Source: a virus
Lineage: Duplodnaviria > Caudoviricetes
Reading direction: 5' to 3' (one strand)
Length of the DNA: 64,000 nt
IMG/VR virus record: IMGVR_UViG_3300024245_000001
Location: 5,907-69,906 of that record
Made by a program: the position numbers and the translations under genes. Shown here piece by piece: positions 43,618-53,675 of the stretch (its first letter is position 1; each line of letters begins with the position of its first letter). The notes under the pieces were generated by a model. The model had not been told where the DNA came from, searched no databases, and worked only from the letters and a program-made list of their open reading frames with translations.

Positions 43618-46600
43618 TGCCGGGAGGTTCTGGCGGTGCCACCCGAAACACCGGCGATCCATCCGGCGTCTCAAACCGGCCCAACTGCGGGGCCTCCGGC
43701 GGCCCCGACCGGAACACCTTGTCCGGCGCCATCTGGACGTTGTAGCCAGCCCGATTGAGTGCCATCCATCGGTTGGCGGCGTCTTGCGTGACCGTGCCGT
43801 CACTCAGCAGCGGCTTGCCTTCCTTGGCGGCGAGTTCGGCGGCATGTTCGTACATTGCGGTGCCATGGCCCTGGCCCCGCATTTCTGGGGGCAGCCGCGC
43901 ATCCCGGACATGAATGGCGTCTTCGCCATTGACCTTGCTGCGGTAGGCGGTGAGGCCCCAGGACAAGCCCTTGCCCCATTCGGGAACATGCATGTCGTGA
44001 GGGGCGATGTTGATGCGGATGCCGTCGTCCGCGACTTTGAGGGCGGACGGCTGCGCAAGCCTGCCTCCCGCCATCCCCGCCGCTCCTCTCTGCGCAAACG
44101 GCACCGCCCCGGTCATTGCCATATTGGCGACTGACTGCCCCCGCTCCATGGCCTCCCTGGTGGGCATTCCCGTCTCGGGGTCGTTGACCTGCATGGTGCC
44201 ATAGAGCGCATCCCTTGGCGCTGTGACGGCGGATGCGAGCTTGTTGCCGAAGTAGTTCACAACATCGGGAAGGCCACTCGCGCGGGCATTGGCCTTGGCA
44301 TAGGGAGCGCGGACGCGGGCTGCGGCGGCTTCGGCGGCATCTTGGGCGGCGATGTCGTCATCTGACAGCGCCCCGCCATCTGCCCTATGGGGAACACCCT
44401 TCTCCCACCAATCGCATGCGCCCTTGGCGGCTATGAATCCCACGACCGCCGTGCATTTGTTATGCTCTCGGTACATGGAACATGAGCCATTGGGCCAAGC
44501 CTTGCAGGGGCCGCAGTGACGGGCCTTGGTTCCGGCGGTCGGGGAATAGTTGGATTGCTTGCGGGTGGAGAGGGGTGGGCGGACGGCGCCGCCGGAGGCG
44601 AACGGAGGAGGCTTTACGGCCTTTGCGCCCGTTCCTGCAGCCGGTGCTCGATTGCGTTCGCCAGCGTGTCGTGATGCTGCGCCAGCAGCTTCGCCTTTGG
44701 GTCGACGTGCCGGCGAAGCACCATGGCCGCCCGGCGATGCTGGGCCGGGCTCATCAGGAAGGTCCCATCCCGGGATGCCTTTCGGGATTCCGGGGAGCGT
44801 GGTTGCTTCGTTGCGTCCGGCATAGTGTTCTTCCATCACCGCGCGTTCGTAGGCTTCGAGCGGGTCCTCGACGCCTTCGCGGAATACCAATTCTGCCACA
44901 CGATCGCGCAATGCACCAGTGGGAGGAGGGATACCATCATCGTGAAATGCGGCGTCGATATGTTCGTCGGCGAGACGCTTGTTTTCAAGTGGGTCAATCT
45001 TTTCCTCACGGCCGAGAGAGCCAAGCCGGTAGCGACGCTTGCCATGAGCCTCGTCGCGGATTGCCTCATGTAAATCCGAGATGAAACTTGTACGAACGCC
45101 CTCCCCCATATTTTCCGGTAGAAAGCCCTCCTGCACCGCAAGTTCCCTCGCCGCGTCCTCCGTCATGCCCGTCTTGCGCAGTAATCGGCCAAAGCCTGGC
45201 ACGAACGGATTTCCGTCGAGAATGGCGCGAAGGTCCGGCGTCTCGCGGAGGCCGCCGGCATGGGCGAGAAACTGGAACAGCGACACCTTGTTCGGATCGA
45301 ACTTGCGCGGTGCGCGTGGTTTCATCAGCGTCGGCGCGGGCGCCGGCGCCGCATCGGCAGGACGAATCGGCGCGGCAGCAGGCGCGGATGGCGGCTGTGG
45401 CGAAGGCCCCTGCGCCATCCTCCGCAATTCCTCGTTGCTGTATGGCTGCCACTGGTCCATTTCCAGGCTCGCTGGCGCTGTTCGACGCGCGGCAGGCGTA
45501 GCCCGGGCGGCGGCTTGGCGCGGCGGTGCCGCGGCGGCTGCAAATCGAGCGGGAGGTGACCAGGGTTGCGGGGTTGGCCCGCGCGCCGCGGTTGCCGCGC
45601 CGATCGGCCCTTCCTCACTCCCCAGCAGCGCCCGCGCCACCGCGTCACGTTCCGCACCCTGCAAGGTATAGATGCGCGCCGCCTCCTCACGGAGTTTTGC
45701 GAACTCTGCCTCTTTCCTGGCCGCAAACTTATTCAGCCCGACCTTGGCCGCCATTTTGCCGGCCGTCTTGCCGGGATGCACGACGGCCCCAGCGACATCG
45801 CCGAGCGACACACCGCCGAGCCTATCGAGCGGCCCCGGTCCCGGCACCCATTCCTTGCGCGCTTCGCTTCGCGCCATCGTCTGCGAATTGCCATGAATCC
45901 GGCTTGGCGCGTCAAGCATGGATTGCTCATGCTCGATCGCCGCAACGATGCGGTCCGCCGCCTCATCTCCGATCGCCCATGCGATCTTTTTCTGATTGGA
46001 CGGTGCAAGGATCGTGTTGATGGTGCCGCGCTCGACCTTGCCGGGCTTGCCGAAACGGTCCTCCAGGTAATTCCGCATGCCTATTTTCATGGCTGCGGTC
46101 TCATTGGGGCCAAACGAGGCCGTCAGGAACGGCATCTCATCCTCATGGATGTGGCCGGTCAGCACGCGCTCGCCGAGGCGCATCGCCTTCTCGATCTGAG
46201 AAGCCGGGGCGTAAGCTTCGCGCGCCGCCTTCCAAACCCCCGCCGTGTTTGGATCAGGATGACGATCGATGGCGTTGACGAGGTCGGTCTTGAGCTGGGC
46301 AAGACGCCGCGTCTCATTGGCCCCACCAGGGGCGGCCATGGCCCTTTCGATCAGATCGTCCAGATGCTCCTTGGCATACTGGAACGCCGTCGCAGTGGGA
46401 ACGCGCACCTCGGTCCCCAACTCTCTGCCTTCAAACCAGTGCGTTTCCGGGAGCCCTTCGATCCGGAGCGCCTTGTTGGCCGCCTGGAGCGCGCCCGCCG
46501 CCTTGAGGCGCGGCATCAACGCCTCCAATTCGGGAGTCGGCGTGATCACCGTGCGCTTGAACGCATCCCAGAACGGCTTGGATTCCTCCGCTTGCTGCGT

Positions 46601-47680
46601 CTTGAGACGCTTTGCCAGCTCGAAGCGGTTCTGCGCCGGCCCAAAGCCGCGATCGAGCACCGCGCGCATGCGGTCCTTGCCCTCGCGAGCTCGCTGGGCG
46701 AGCGCCGATACGATTTCCGCGCGTTCCGGTCCCGAGCTGGCGGCAAGGCCGCCCATCTTGGCCTCGAGGTCCGGACTCAACTCCCCAAGCGTATGGTGCG
46801 CCGACCGCTCCTCGATCGCCTGTTCCAGCAGATGTGGCGTCGGGAAAGCTTGCTGGAGGTCGCCCCGAAGCTTCGCGATCGTCTGCGGCGAGTAGTCCGC
46901 CAATGGATTTTCATTGCCGGCAGCACCGACGCTGGCGCGGCCGGAATAGGACTCATGGGGAGCTTCGGGAGGAAGCAACCGAGTACCGGAAGCCTCAGAC
47001 GGGACTGCGGAGGCCGTTGGCTCCCTTTCCGCAGCAGGCCCCGCCAAGGACGCCTCAAGTGCGTCCATGTCAACCACGGGCGGGCGCTGAAGGGTGCCGG
47101 GCAGCGCCAGCGCCGAACCACGGGGCGGGATCGCCGGATTGATCTCAGGCACGGGCGCCCGAGGCCGCAAGTTGAGGGCTCCGGCACCCCGCACCGGAGT
47201 TCCAGCACCGAGCGCATTGATCGCCTTCTCGCCGGGGATGCCGGTCGCATATTCCCAAGCCGGATTCGTCACCGCCGTCACAGGCGACGCAAGGGCAGAC
47301 ACGGCACCGGAAGCCGCCTCGCCGAGGCCGCCGACCGTCCCGAACGGCCCCATATGGGGCTTGAGCGGATCGGTTGCCTCCATCACGCGGCCGAGACCTT
47401 CCTTGGCCTTGCGGACGCCCTCATCCCAATACGCCTTGACCTGTTGCCCGTAGGTGTCCTGGCGCTGAGTGACGGGAGTGCCGAACATGCTGGCAGACTG
47501 ATCGGGACGAACAGTCGAGATGTCCTTGGCCCATTGCTGGGCAGAGGACGCCATGGTGGGAGCGGCAGAAGGAGACCCAGGAGTCGCGCCCATGAACTCG
47601 GCATCGGACATGCCGCCGCCGGGCGGGGGCGCGCCGCTGCCGAGAAATTCCGCGTCTGTCATGCCGGGCATCAGTGCCAC
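43571..47680 (-). CDS. Large internal virion/ejection protein, polyvalent type, with late GNAT-like domain; truncated at AYHGS
   Basis: 1369 aa downstream of a DNA-transfer-type gene; RGQGHG.AMY acetyl-CoA motif; stop falls inside the HNH gene. Confidence 0.7.
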   Translation of the reverse strand: MALMPGMTDAEFLGSGAPPPGGGMSDAEFMGATPGSPSAAPTMASSAQQWAKDISTVRPDQSASMFGTPVTQRQDTYGQQVKAYWDEGVRKAKEGLGRVMEATDPLKPHMGPFGTVGGLGEAASGAVSALASPVTAVTNPAWEYATGIPGEKAINALGAGTPVRGAGALNLRPRAPVPEINPAIPPRGSALALPGTLQRPPVVDMDALEASLAGPAAEREPTASAVPSEASGTRLLPPEAPHESYSGRASVGAAGNENPLADYSPQTIAKLRGDLQQAFPTPHLLEQAIEERSAHHTLGELSPDLEAKMGGLAASSGPERAEIVSALAQRAREGKDRMRAVLDRGFGPAQNRFELAKRLKTQQAEESKPFWDAFKRTVITPTPELEALMPRLKAAGALQAANKALRIEGLPETHWFEGRELGTEVRVPTATAFQYAKEHLDDLIERAMAAPGGANETRRLAQLKTDLVNAIDRHPDPNTAGVWKAAREAYAPASQIEKAMRLGERVLTGHIHEDEMPFLTASFGPNETAAMKIGMRNYLEDRFGKPGKVERGTINTILAPSNQKKIAWAIGDEAADRIVAAIEHEQSMLDAPSRIHGNSQTMARSEARKEWVPGPGPLDRLGGVSLGDVAGAVVHPGKTAGKMAAKVGLNKFAARKEAEFAKLREEAARIYTLQGAERDAVARALLGSEEGPIGAATAARGPTPQPWSPPARFAAAAAPPRQAAARATPAARRTAPASLEMDQWQPYSNEELRRMAQGPSPQPPSAPAAAPIRPADAAPAPAPTLMKPRAPRKFDPNKVSLFQFLAHAGGLRETPDLRAILDGNPFVPGFGRLLRKTGMTEDAARELAVQEGFLPENMGEGVRTSFISDLHEAIRDEAHGKRRYRLGSLGREEKIDPLENKRLADEHIDAAFHDDGIPPPTGALRDRVAELVFREGVEDPLEAYERAVMEEHYAGRNEATTLPGIPKGIPGWDLPDEPGPASPGGHGASPARRPKGEAAGAASRHAGERNRAPAAGTGAKAVKPPPFASGGAVRPPLSTRKQSNYSPTAGTKARHCGPCKAWPNGSCSMYREHNKCTAVVGFIAAKGACDWWEKGVPHRADGGALSDDDIAAQDAAEAAAARVRAPYAKANARASGLPDVVNYFGNKLASAVTAPRDALYGTMQVNDPETGMPTREAMERGQSVANMAMTGAVPFAQRGAAGMAGGRLAQPSALKVADDGIRINIAPHDMHVPEWGKGLSWGLTAYRSKVNGEDAIHVRDARLPPEMRGQGHGTAMYEHAAELAAKEGKPLLSDGTVTQDAANRWMALNRAGYNVQMAPDKVFRSGPPEAPQLGRFETPDGSPVFRVAPPEPPGITAYHGSRRKPSPDR

Positions 47681-50600
47681 ATCCCGTCAGCGCCCCAGGT
47701 CTTGGAAAGGCCTTGAGGATTCGTATAGGTCTGCCCCACGATCCGCTGTGCGGGCGGGGGAATGGACACCGGCGCGGCCGAAGACGCCGGCATTCCGCCA
47801 GCCCCGCCCATTTCGCGGATGCGACCAAGGATTTTCTGCCGCACGGATTCTGGCGCCTGTTCGGCCGCAGCCATTTCCTGTTCGAGTTGGTGGATCGTGG
47901 CAGCGTAGCTCTCCGGCCCCTGGACGCGGGACAGGATATGTTCTGCCGCCTGCTGGGCGTGAACCGTGTTGACCCCGGTGCGGCTCATGGCTTGGCTGTA
48001 GGCCGTGATCGCCGCTTGCGTGGCGGCGGCAAAACGCGCCTGTTCGGGGCTGCTGGTTCCCGCGCGCCACATTTCCATGAGCTTGTTGATCGGAACCCAA
48101 TCGGTGCGCGGCAACTCCGAAGAACGCTGGAGCGCGAGCGGGAACGTGCGTTGCGCTTCCTCGACCGCAGAACTGACGTTGCCCTGGCGCACGGCAAGCG
48201 ACCGAGCGGCAGCGGTTTGCGCAAGGTAATCCGCCCGCGCTGCCGCGATTTCGGCGCCGCTCTTGCCCTGGTCCTTCAGAATCTTGGCGTACTTGTTCCA
48301 GACGTTGGCGACGTTCTCTGCCTTGGTGGCACCGGCGCCCATGTTCATGAACACCGACCGATCGCCCCGCGACATCGCTTCGGCCATCAAGTCGGTCGTC
48401 TCATCATCAAGGAGCCCTGATGTATTGCGCTTGGCGTCTTGGCTGCGTTTGATAACTGCAGGGTCTTGCGGGCCACCGGGGATGAATTCGAGGTTGCCAT
48501 TGACCATCCGGAACCCGGGCGGCGTCTTGCCTTGCGCCAATTGCTCCCGCTGCAGGCCGAGATGGTCCTGCCGATACTGTTCCGCCGCCGCCTCTTTCTT
48601 CGTCTCCAACGCCAGCTTCTTACTCACCTCATCGGCATGCTGTTCCAGCCGCTTCCGCGCCTCCTCGATCGAGGCTTCCTTGTTCTTTTGCCCCGAGTAG
48701 GCAGAGATTCCCTGTAAGCCGCCTTCCCCGATCGCATTCCATAGATTGGGGGACCGAGAGGCCATCATGCCGAGGCCCGCTGTGATCAATCCGGTGCGGG
48801 CGGCATCGGAGAGGCCCCAGCCGCCGAACAAGCCGGATTGCTTTTCCTCCTCTGGAGGACCGACACGGGCGGCCCCAACGATCGGGGTCGGTTCAGGTTC
48901 CCGCGGAACCGGCATGTAGATGCCATTGTCAGACGGTGCCGTGACATCGCCCAATGTCGGGCGCGAACGCGGCATCGGCACTTGACTCGGCTCATGGGCG
49001 AGCCCCGCCATCGCCAGCGGCTCCGCGGCGGCTGCAAGTTCCGGATTGTCGAAGTCCGTGGTGCGAAACCTGTCGGCGAAGCTGTCGCCATCATCGACAT
49101 CGCCGCCCGGGGCGAACCCCGCGCGCTTGCCATTGATGCGACCACCGCGTTTCGCCAACAAGAGCAGAGGCAAAAGGTCAGCCGCCGCCTCGCCCCCACC
49201 GAATGCGCCAGCCATCGCGCCGCCGAGGTCACCCAGGCCCCCCATCAAAGCGCCGCCAACATCTGACAGACCCTCCCCAATCAAAGACGGATTTTCAAGA
49301 TACGCGCCCGCCTCGGGAAACATCTCACCGAAGCCGGAATAGAGCGAACTTCCAATATCACCAAGCCCCTTCCCAGCAGCACCGAGCGCGTTGGCATTCA
49401 AGCCAGGGATTCCGCCAGCCCCAGACGATCCGCCACTTGACGGCACCCCCGGCGGCTTCGGCATGGTGTTGCCATGCTGGCCCTGAAACGCGCCGGGGAT
49501 GTACCCGCCCGCCCCACCATAAGGCACGCCACCGAATCCCGAGACCTCGCCACCATCATCAAAGCCGGGACGCCCCATCATCGGGCCGAATCCTGCCTGC
49601 GGTCCCGATTGCCCGCCCCAACCGCCCCATTGCGGCATGTATTTCTGGAACTCAGACATCAGCCCCGCAAGGCGCGGATTGGAGTCGACCCGCTGCATCA
49701 TGTTGCCGAAGCCGGATTGCAGGGCATCCCCGACCCGCTGGAGAGTCGGATTGCCGGCAAAGCCCGCCATCGGGTTGGCCTGCGGCGCCCTGCCCATCGC
49801 AGGCGCCATCGTCGGAGACACCATGCCGCCCGGCGCAAAGCCGCGGATGCGGCCCCCGCTTGCGCTTTTCGATGGCGCCATCGCCCCGAGTGCCGCAATC
49901 CCCAACCCCGCAGCCGTGTTCCACGGATTCGGCGGCGGCCCCGTCGTGGCCGAGGTGCCCCCCATCTGTGACCCAACGCCGGTATCGATTCCCGCCAGCC
50001 ATTGCGCTTGCTGATAAGGGAATGCCTGGCCCTGCATGAACTGGCCGTAGAGATACTGGTCTAAGGCATTCTGCGTTTGTTGCTCGAGCGAGCCGGCGCC
50101 GACTTGCGCATTGGCGCCCGTGAGAGCCGCATTCTGCCCTGCAACGCCGAGGTTGCCGAGAGAGTACGCGCCTTGCGCCATCGCCTGCTGTTGAGCCAGC
50201 GCCATCTGCTGGGCGTTCTGGTAGCCCTGATTGTAGAGCCCGGCGATGACCGGCGCTTCGGCCATCTGCTGCTGCCCGGCAAGATTGGCCTGGGCGACCG
50301 CAGTCCGATCGCCGCCGAGCGCGCCTTGAGCAATCGCGTTGCCCAGCACTTGCTGCTGCTGCTGCGCGTTCTGATTATTGAACTGCGCCTCGGTGGCGTT
50401 GACGACTTGCTGCGTGTACGGGCTTTGAAAGCCAGCGATCTGCGCCCCGGTGATCGGCTGCGCCGCCTGATTGGCATATTGTGTCGCCTGCTGGATATAG
50501 GGCAGCGCAAACCCGGCATTCTGATTGATGTTGCCGATGCCCGCATACTGCTGGGCATTGATCGGGGCGACGCCTTCCCCGCCATAGGCTTGATAGGGCA

Positions 50601-50715
50601 TATTTGCGACGCCAGCGGCACGATTGAGCAGGCCACGATAGGCGGCCATCGCCGCCGGATCGGGCGTCTGCGTCGTGGTGGTTTGGTTTTGGTTGCTTCC
50701 CTTGCCAAAACTCAT
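47671..50715 (-). CDS. Internal virion / DNA ejection (pilot) protein
   Basis: MSFGKG...TTTQ start, Gln/Ala/Gly-rich N-terminal domain, hydrophobic Gly-rich segments. Confidence 0.7.
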   Translation of the reverse strand: MSFGKGSNQNQTTTTQTPDPAAMAAYRGLLNRAAGVANMPYQAYGGEGVAPINAQQYAGIGNINQNAGFALPYIQQATQYANQAAQPITGAQIAGFQSPYTQQVVNATEAQFNNQNAQQQQQVLGNAIAQGALGGDRTAVAQANLAGQQQMAEAPVIAGLYNQGYQNAQQMALAQQQAMAQGAYSLGNLGVAGQNAALTGANAQVGAGSLEQQTQNALDQYLYGQFMQGQAFPYQQAQWLAGIDTGVGSQMGGTSATTGPPPNPWNTAAGLGIAALGAMAPSKSASGGRIRGFAPGGMVSPTMAPAMGRAPQANPMAGFAGNPTLQRVGDALQSGFGNMMQRVDSNPRLAGLMSEFQKYMPQWGGWGGQSGPQAGFGPMMGRPGFDDGGEVSGFGGVPYGGAGGYIPGAFQGQHGNTMPKPPGVPSSGGSSGAGGIPGLNANALGAAGKGLGDIGSSLYSGFGEMFPEAGAYLENPSLIGEGLSDVGGALMGGLGDLGGAMAGAFGGGEAAADLLPLLLLAKRGGRINGKRAGFAPGGDVDDGDSFADRFRTTDFDNPELAAAAEPLAMAGLAHEPSQVPMPRSRPTLGDVTAPSDNGIYMPVPREPEPTPIVGAARVGPPEEEKQSGLFGGWGLSDAARTGLITAGLGMMASRSPNLWNAIGEGGLQGISAYSGQKNKEASIEEARKRLEQHADEVSKKLALETKKEAAAEQYRQDHLGLQREQLAQGKTPPGFRMVNGNLEFIPGGPQDPAVIKRSQDAKRNTSGLLDDETTDLMAEAMSRGDRSVFMNMGAGATKAENVANVWNKYAKILKDQGKSGAEIAAARADYLAQTAAARSLAVRQGNVSSAVEEAQRTFPLALQRSSELPRTDWVPINKLMEMWRAGTSSPEQARFAAATQAAITAYSQAMSRTGVNTVHAQQAAEHILSRVQGPESYAATIHQLEQEMAAAEQAPESVRQKILGRIREMGGAGGMPASSAAPVSIPPPAQRIVGQTYTNPQGLSKTWGADGMWH

Positions 50716-51494
50716 AATAGCTGGCCTTGTGATTGAGCAAATTCAGTGGGATGCTTAGCTCCCTTACGGGAATTGTCGGATTGCCACAGAGGTTGAAGAT
50801 TTTTGTAGTTTACCGCTACCTTGACCTGCTCTAGGTCGGAGAGATCAAATGATGAAAGCGGGATGACGTGATCTATGTTCCACATCCTCGCCCCTTTGCC
50901 AAAATTCTCCCACGACATCCCGACTTTGAACTGTCGCTCCAAATGTTTCCTTAGATATTCCACAGAGCATCCAAGATCGCGAATAGCAGAGCCCGTCTTG
51001 GTGCCACGCTTAAGCGCCATAGCCAGTCGATTCCGCAAGATGTACTTGAGCCTAAAATTGTGGTCTTGTTTTCGTTTCTGAAAATTATCGCGTAGCCATT
51101 CTCTGCGCTTCTCAGAAGACCTAAAACGCTTCTGCTTCTCCCGTTGCTTCGGCGTCTTGGCAAACTCAGAGCGCCATCGCTTGCGTTTCTCAGAAGCGCT
51201 ACGCCTCTTATCAGAGGATCGGTTTTTCTCCTTCACTCCAGGGATCGAGTGATATCTATTGAGGCTGTAACTCCTTTTTCGCGCTTTAACGTCTTCTCTT
51301 GCATAATATGCGGCACTCGCCGCCTTCACCAATTCCTTCGTTTTTGGTTGAGCGTTTCTGAGCGCCACGCAACCAAGGCACTGTCCGGTGGCCACCGACC
51401 TATTACTTAGGTGGCCTCGTTTGCACGGGACTCCCGTATTGTACCAACGAACGCCATCCGACTTTGCTTCGCGTTTCGTTTTCGGTGCGTCCAT
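50712..51494 (-). CDS. HNH endonuclease
   Basis: LGCS...L..HLE.QF..GMSWEN...WNIDHVIPL...NY.NLQPLW..DN..KG. Confidence 0.85.
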   Translation of the reverse strand: MDAPKTKREAKSDGVRWYNTGVPCKRGHLSNRSVATGQCLGCVALRNAQPKTKELVKAASAAYYAREDVKARKRSYSLNRYHSIPGVKEKNRSSDKRRSASEKRKRWRSEFAKTPKQREKQKRFRSSEKRREWLRDNFQKRKQDHNFRLKYILRNRLAMALKRGTKTGSAIRDLGCSVEYLRKHLERQFKVGMSWENFGKGARMWNIDHVIPLSSFDLSDLEQVKVAVNYKNLQPLWQSDNSRKGAKHPTEFAQSQGQLL

Positions 51495-51525
51495 AATGCG
51501 ATATACCATATACATAACGAAATGT

Positions 51526-52050
51526 CTAAGCCGCCCCTTTGCGCTTCTCGCTATGAGCCGGGAATGGCGTGCGCCAGAATTCCGGATTCTCGGTCATGTC
51601 GCTCACCCACTTGCCGCCGTAGACGAAATAGGCCCCAGCCGGGAACCCGAGCGCACGCCGATAGAGCCGCACCTTCTCCACCACACGCCTGTTGGTCATT
51701 ACACCGATCACCAGGGGAATCCCGATTTCATCGGCGCACGACTTGGCAAAATCGATCAGCGTGCGCGCGTGATTGGACTTGCGATGGTCGGGATCGATGA
51801 AGTTAAAGATCTCTTCGAGGTGACTCGATCGCGTGTACCAGAACGACGTGATCAGCAAACCAATAAACCCAGCGAGCTTTCCCGGCTCACCAAGCACTCC
51901 GATGATCCCGCCCTTGCGGTCAAAGGTCAGTTCGAACATCGCCTTGGCGCGGCCCTCATCCAAGGGAAACAACCCGCCCTCGGCGTGCATGAGCCGCAGC
52001 AGACGCATCAACTCGGGAAGATCGGCAGGCGTCGCGATGCGGACGGTCAT
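51526..52050 (-). CDS. GNAT-family acetyltransferase in the virion module
   Basis: VRIATPADL, FIDPDHRKS.HARTLIDFAK. Confidence 0.75.
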   Translation of the reverse strand: MTVRIATPADLPELMRLLRLMHAEGGLFPLDEGRAKAMFELTFDRKGGIIGVLGEPGKLAGFIGLLITSFWYTRSSHLEEIFNFIDPDHRKSNHARTLIDFAKSCADEIGIPLVIGVMTNRRVVEKVRLYRRALGFPAGAYFVYGGKWVSDMTENPEFWRTPFPAHSEKRKGAA

Positions 52051-52424
52051 CCACGCCACGGCCAGACATTGGGGCCGACGCGCTCCTTGGGAGTCAGCGT
52101 CGGCTTCTCAGCTCGCTCTTTGATGCACCACACTTTTGTTTTGTCGTCAGGGCAGCACCAGAATTGCCCCTCAGTGCTGAGATTGAAGCCGCAGTATTTG
52201 CACAGCCATCGCCGATTTGGCGCCTTCCGCGCCCCGAATTCCCGGACGACGCGCTCCACCAAGGCGCGATCGGCCGGGCTTCCATCAAACCACCCACCAT
52301 GGGGCTTCCATGTGCCGACCGCCTTGCACTCAGGGCACCGAAGCCGATCCCGTAGCCCGATAAGTTGGAGGCAATCGAAAAACTGATGCTTGATTGTCTG
52401 CCAGAGCGACCACTTGAACATCAA
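52047..52424 (-). CDS. Zn-ribbon-type hypothetical protein
   Basis: CPEC and CKYC. Confidence 0.55.
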   Translation of the reverse strand: MMFKWSLWQTIKHQFFDCLQLIGLRDRLRCPECKAVGTWKPHGGWFDGSPADRALVERVVREFGARKAPNRRWLCKYCGFNLSTEGQFWCCPDDKTKVWCIKERAEKPTLTPKERVGPNVWPWRG

Positions 52425-52628
52425 TGCGCCGGCCCTTTCGGTTTGCGGACGGTCACGACAACGCTTCGCTCACAATTTCTCCCGCGAACACTTTGGCTGC
52501 CAACCACCTGCCGTCCGGCAATTCCGCCACCAGAGTATTGGCTTGGAGCGGGTCATCGGTATCGTCACCGTCGACATCGAACATATTGCTGATCGGAAGC
52601 CGCCCAAATTCCGAAACGAAGACGCGCC

Positions 52629-52892
52629 TCAATGCGCCGGCCCTTCCGGCTTGGCATTCTGCGCCAGGATTCCATCGAGCGCGTCACGAAGCTGCTGGGC
52701 GCACACCAAATCCATCCGCAGCCGTGACGAGATGACGAGATCGGGATCGACCTTGCCGTCCGCGGCGGGGGTGAATCGCGCTGTGGCGAAGGTGAGGTTC
52801 ACGACGCCATAGAGGTGGCCGCTGCCGACAACTTGATTGACGAAGGTGATGGGGATGGAATCGGGATCGGTGAGGGACGGAGTATCAGCCAT
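52629..52892 (-). CDS. Hypothetical protein
   Basis: AAGGA RBS before MADTPSL. Confidence 0.55.
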   Translation of the reverse strand: MADTPSLTDPDSIPITFVNQVVGSGHLYGVVNLTFATARFTPAADGKVDPDLVISSRLRMDLVCAQQLRDALDGILAQNAKPEGPAH

Positions 52893-52894
52893 GA

Positions 52895-53668
52895 TTATCC
52901 TTTCGCCGGAGGCGGCAAGCCTTTGAGGGTCTTTATGTGCTTCTTGCGCTGACTCATCACCCAGGCATCGAGGGCTTGATGGCCAAACTTGAGATCGCGC
53001 GGAAAACCATTGCGTTCCAGCCAATCCAAAATCTGGTCTGGCTCGGCGACGAACTCACCACCGGCCGCCGCGATCGGCACCGGATGCCCGTGGCCCCGCG
53101 CGCCGCCATGGTCGCTTGCGCCCCCCGTTGCGATATGCCGCAGATGCGGAGGTTTCGGCGGCCCCATCCCGTGCTTGGTCCCCATCGGCTTTGTTCCGTA
53201 GGGGCCGGAGTTGAACATCGCGCCGAGCTGCTTCATGCCGGCGAGAGTATTGCCCTGACCAATCGATGCAACGTGCTCACTCGGGAAGACGTAGCTGCCC
53301 GCCTTCACGTTCATCGGGTGATGGTCGGTTCGTCCCGCCACCGCACTGAGGATGGGGCCGCTGTGCGTGCCGAGCCCTCGCGCTTCATTGCGAACGAACC
53401 AGGGTGCAGGCGGCCCACCAAAGGCAAAGGCCGGCCGATGCGTTACAGCGCGCCGTGTGCGATCGGCCGCCGCCTGGCGGGCGAAATCCGCCGTGATGGA
53501 GTCCTCGGTCACCTCTCCGCCATCGGCGTGGCCGCGGCGTTTGATGGCATAGGCAATGGCGAGTCCTTGTTCGCGCGATTTCACATGCGGAGATTTCCCG
53601 ATTTCTCCCATGAGAGTTTTGACATTCGCTTTGAAGGCCGGCGCGCTTGACGAATGGATCAGGGGCAT
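52895..53668 (-). CDS. Basic virion-associated protein with xxxGG motifs
   Basis: QGLAIAYAIKRR followed by HADGGEV; also FAFGG and IATGG. Confidence 0.65.
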   Translation of the reverse strand: MPLIHSSSAPAFKANVKTLMGEIGKSPHVKSREQGLAIAYAIKRRGHADGGEVTEDSITADFARQAAADRTRRAVTHRPAFAFGGPPAPWFVRNEARGLGTHSGPILSAVAGRTDHHPMNVKAGSYVFPSEHVASIGQGNTLAGMKQLGAMFNSGPYGTKPMGTKHGMGPPKPPHLRHIATGGASDHGGARGHGHPVPIAAAGGEFVAEPDQILDWLERNGFPRDLKFGHQALDAWVMSQRKKHIKTLKGLPPPAKG

Positions 53669-53675
53669 GACGGCC

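Noticed and set aside
45566-47716. 716-aa plus-strand ORF, and similar long shadows at 5183-6694, 14672-15952 and 59531-60763
   Set aside because: Each is antisense to a well-supported gene and is Arg/His/Gly-rich with no motifs, as expected from GC-rich codon bias.
51484-51525. dif-like site (GGTGCG..CATAA...)
   Set aside because: Arm spacing and the XerD half do not fit; better explained as an AT-rich promoter region of the HNH gene.
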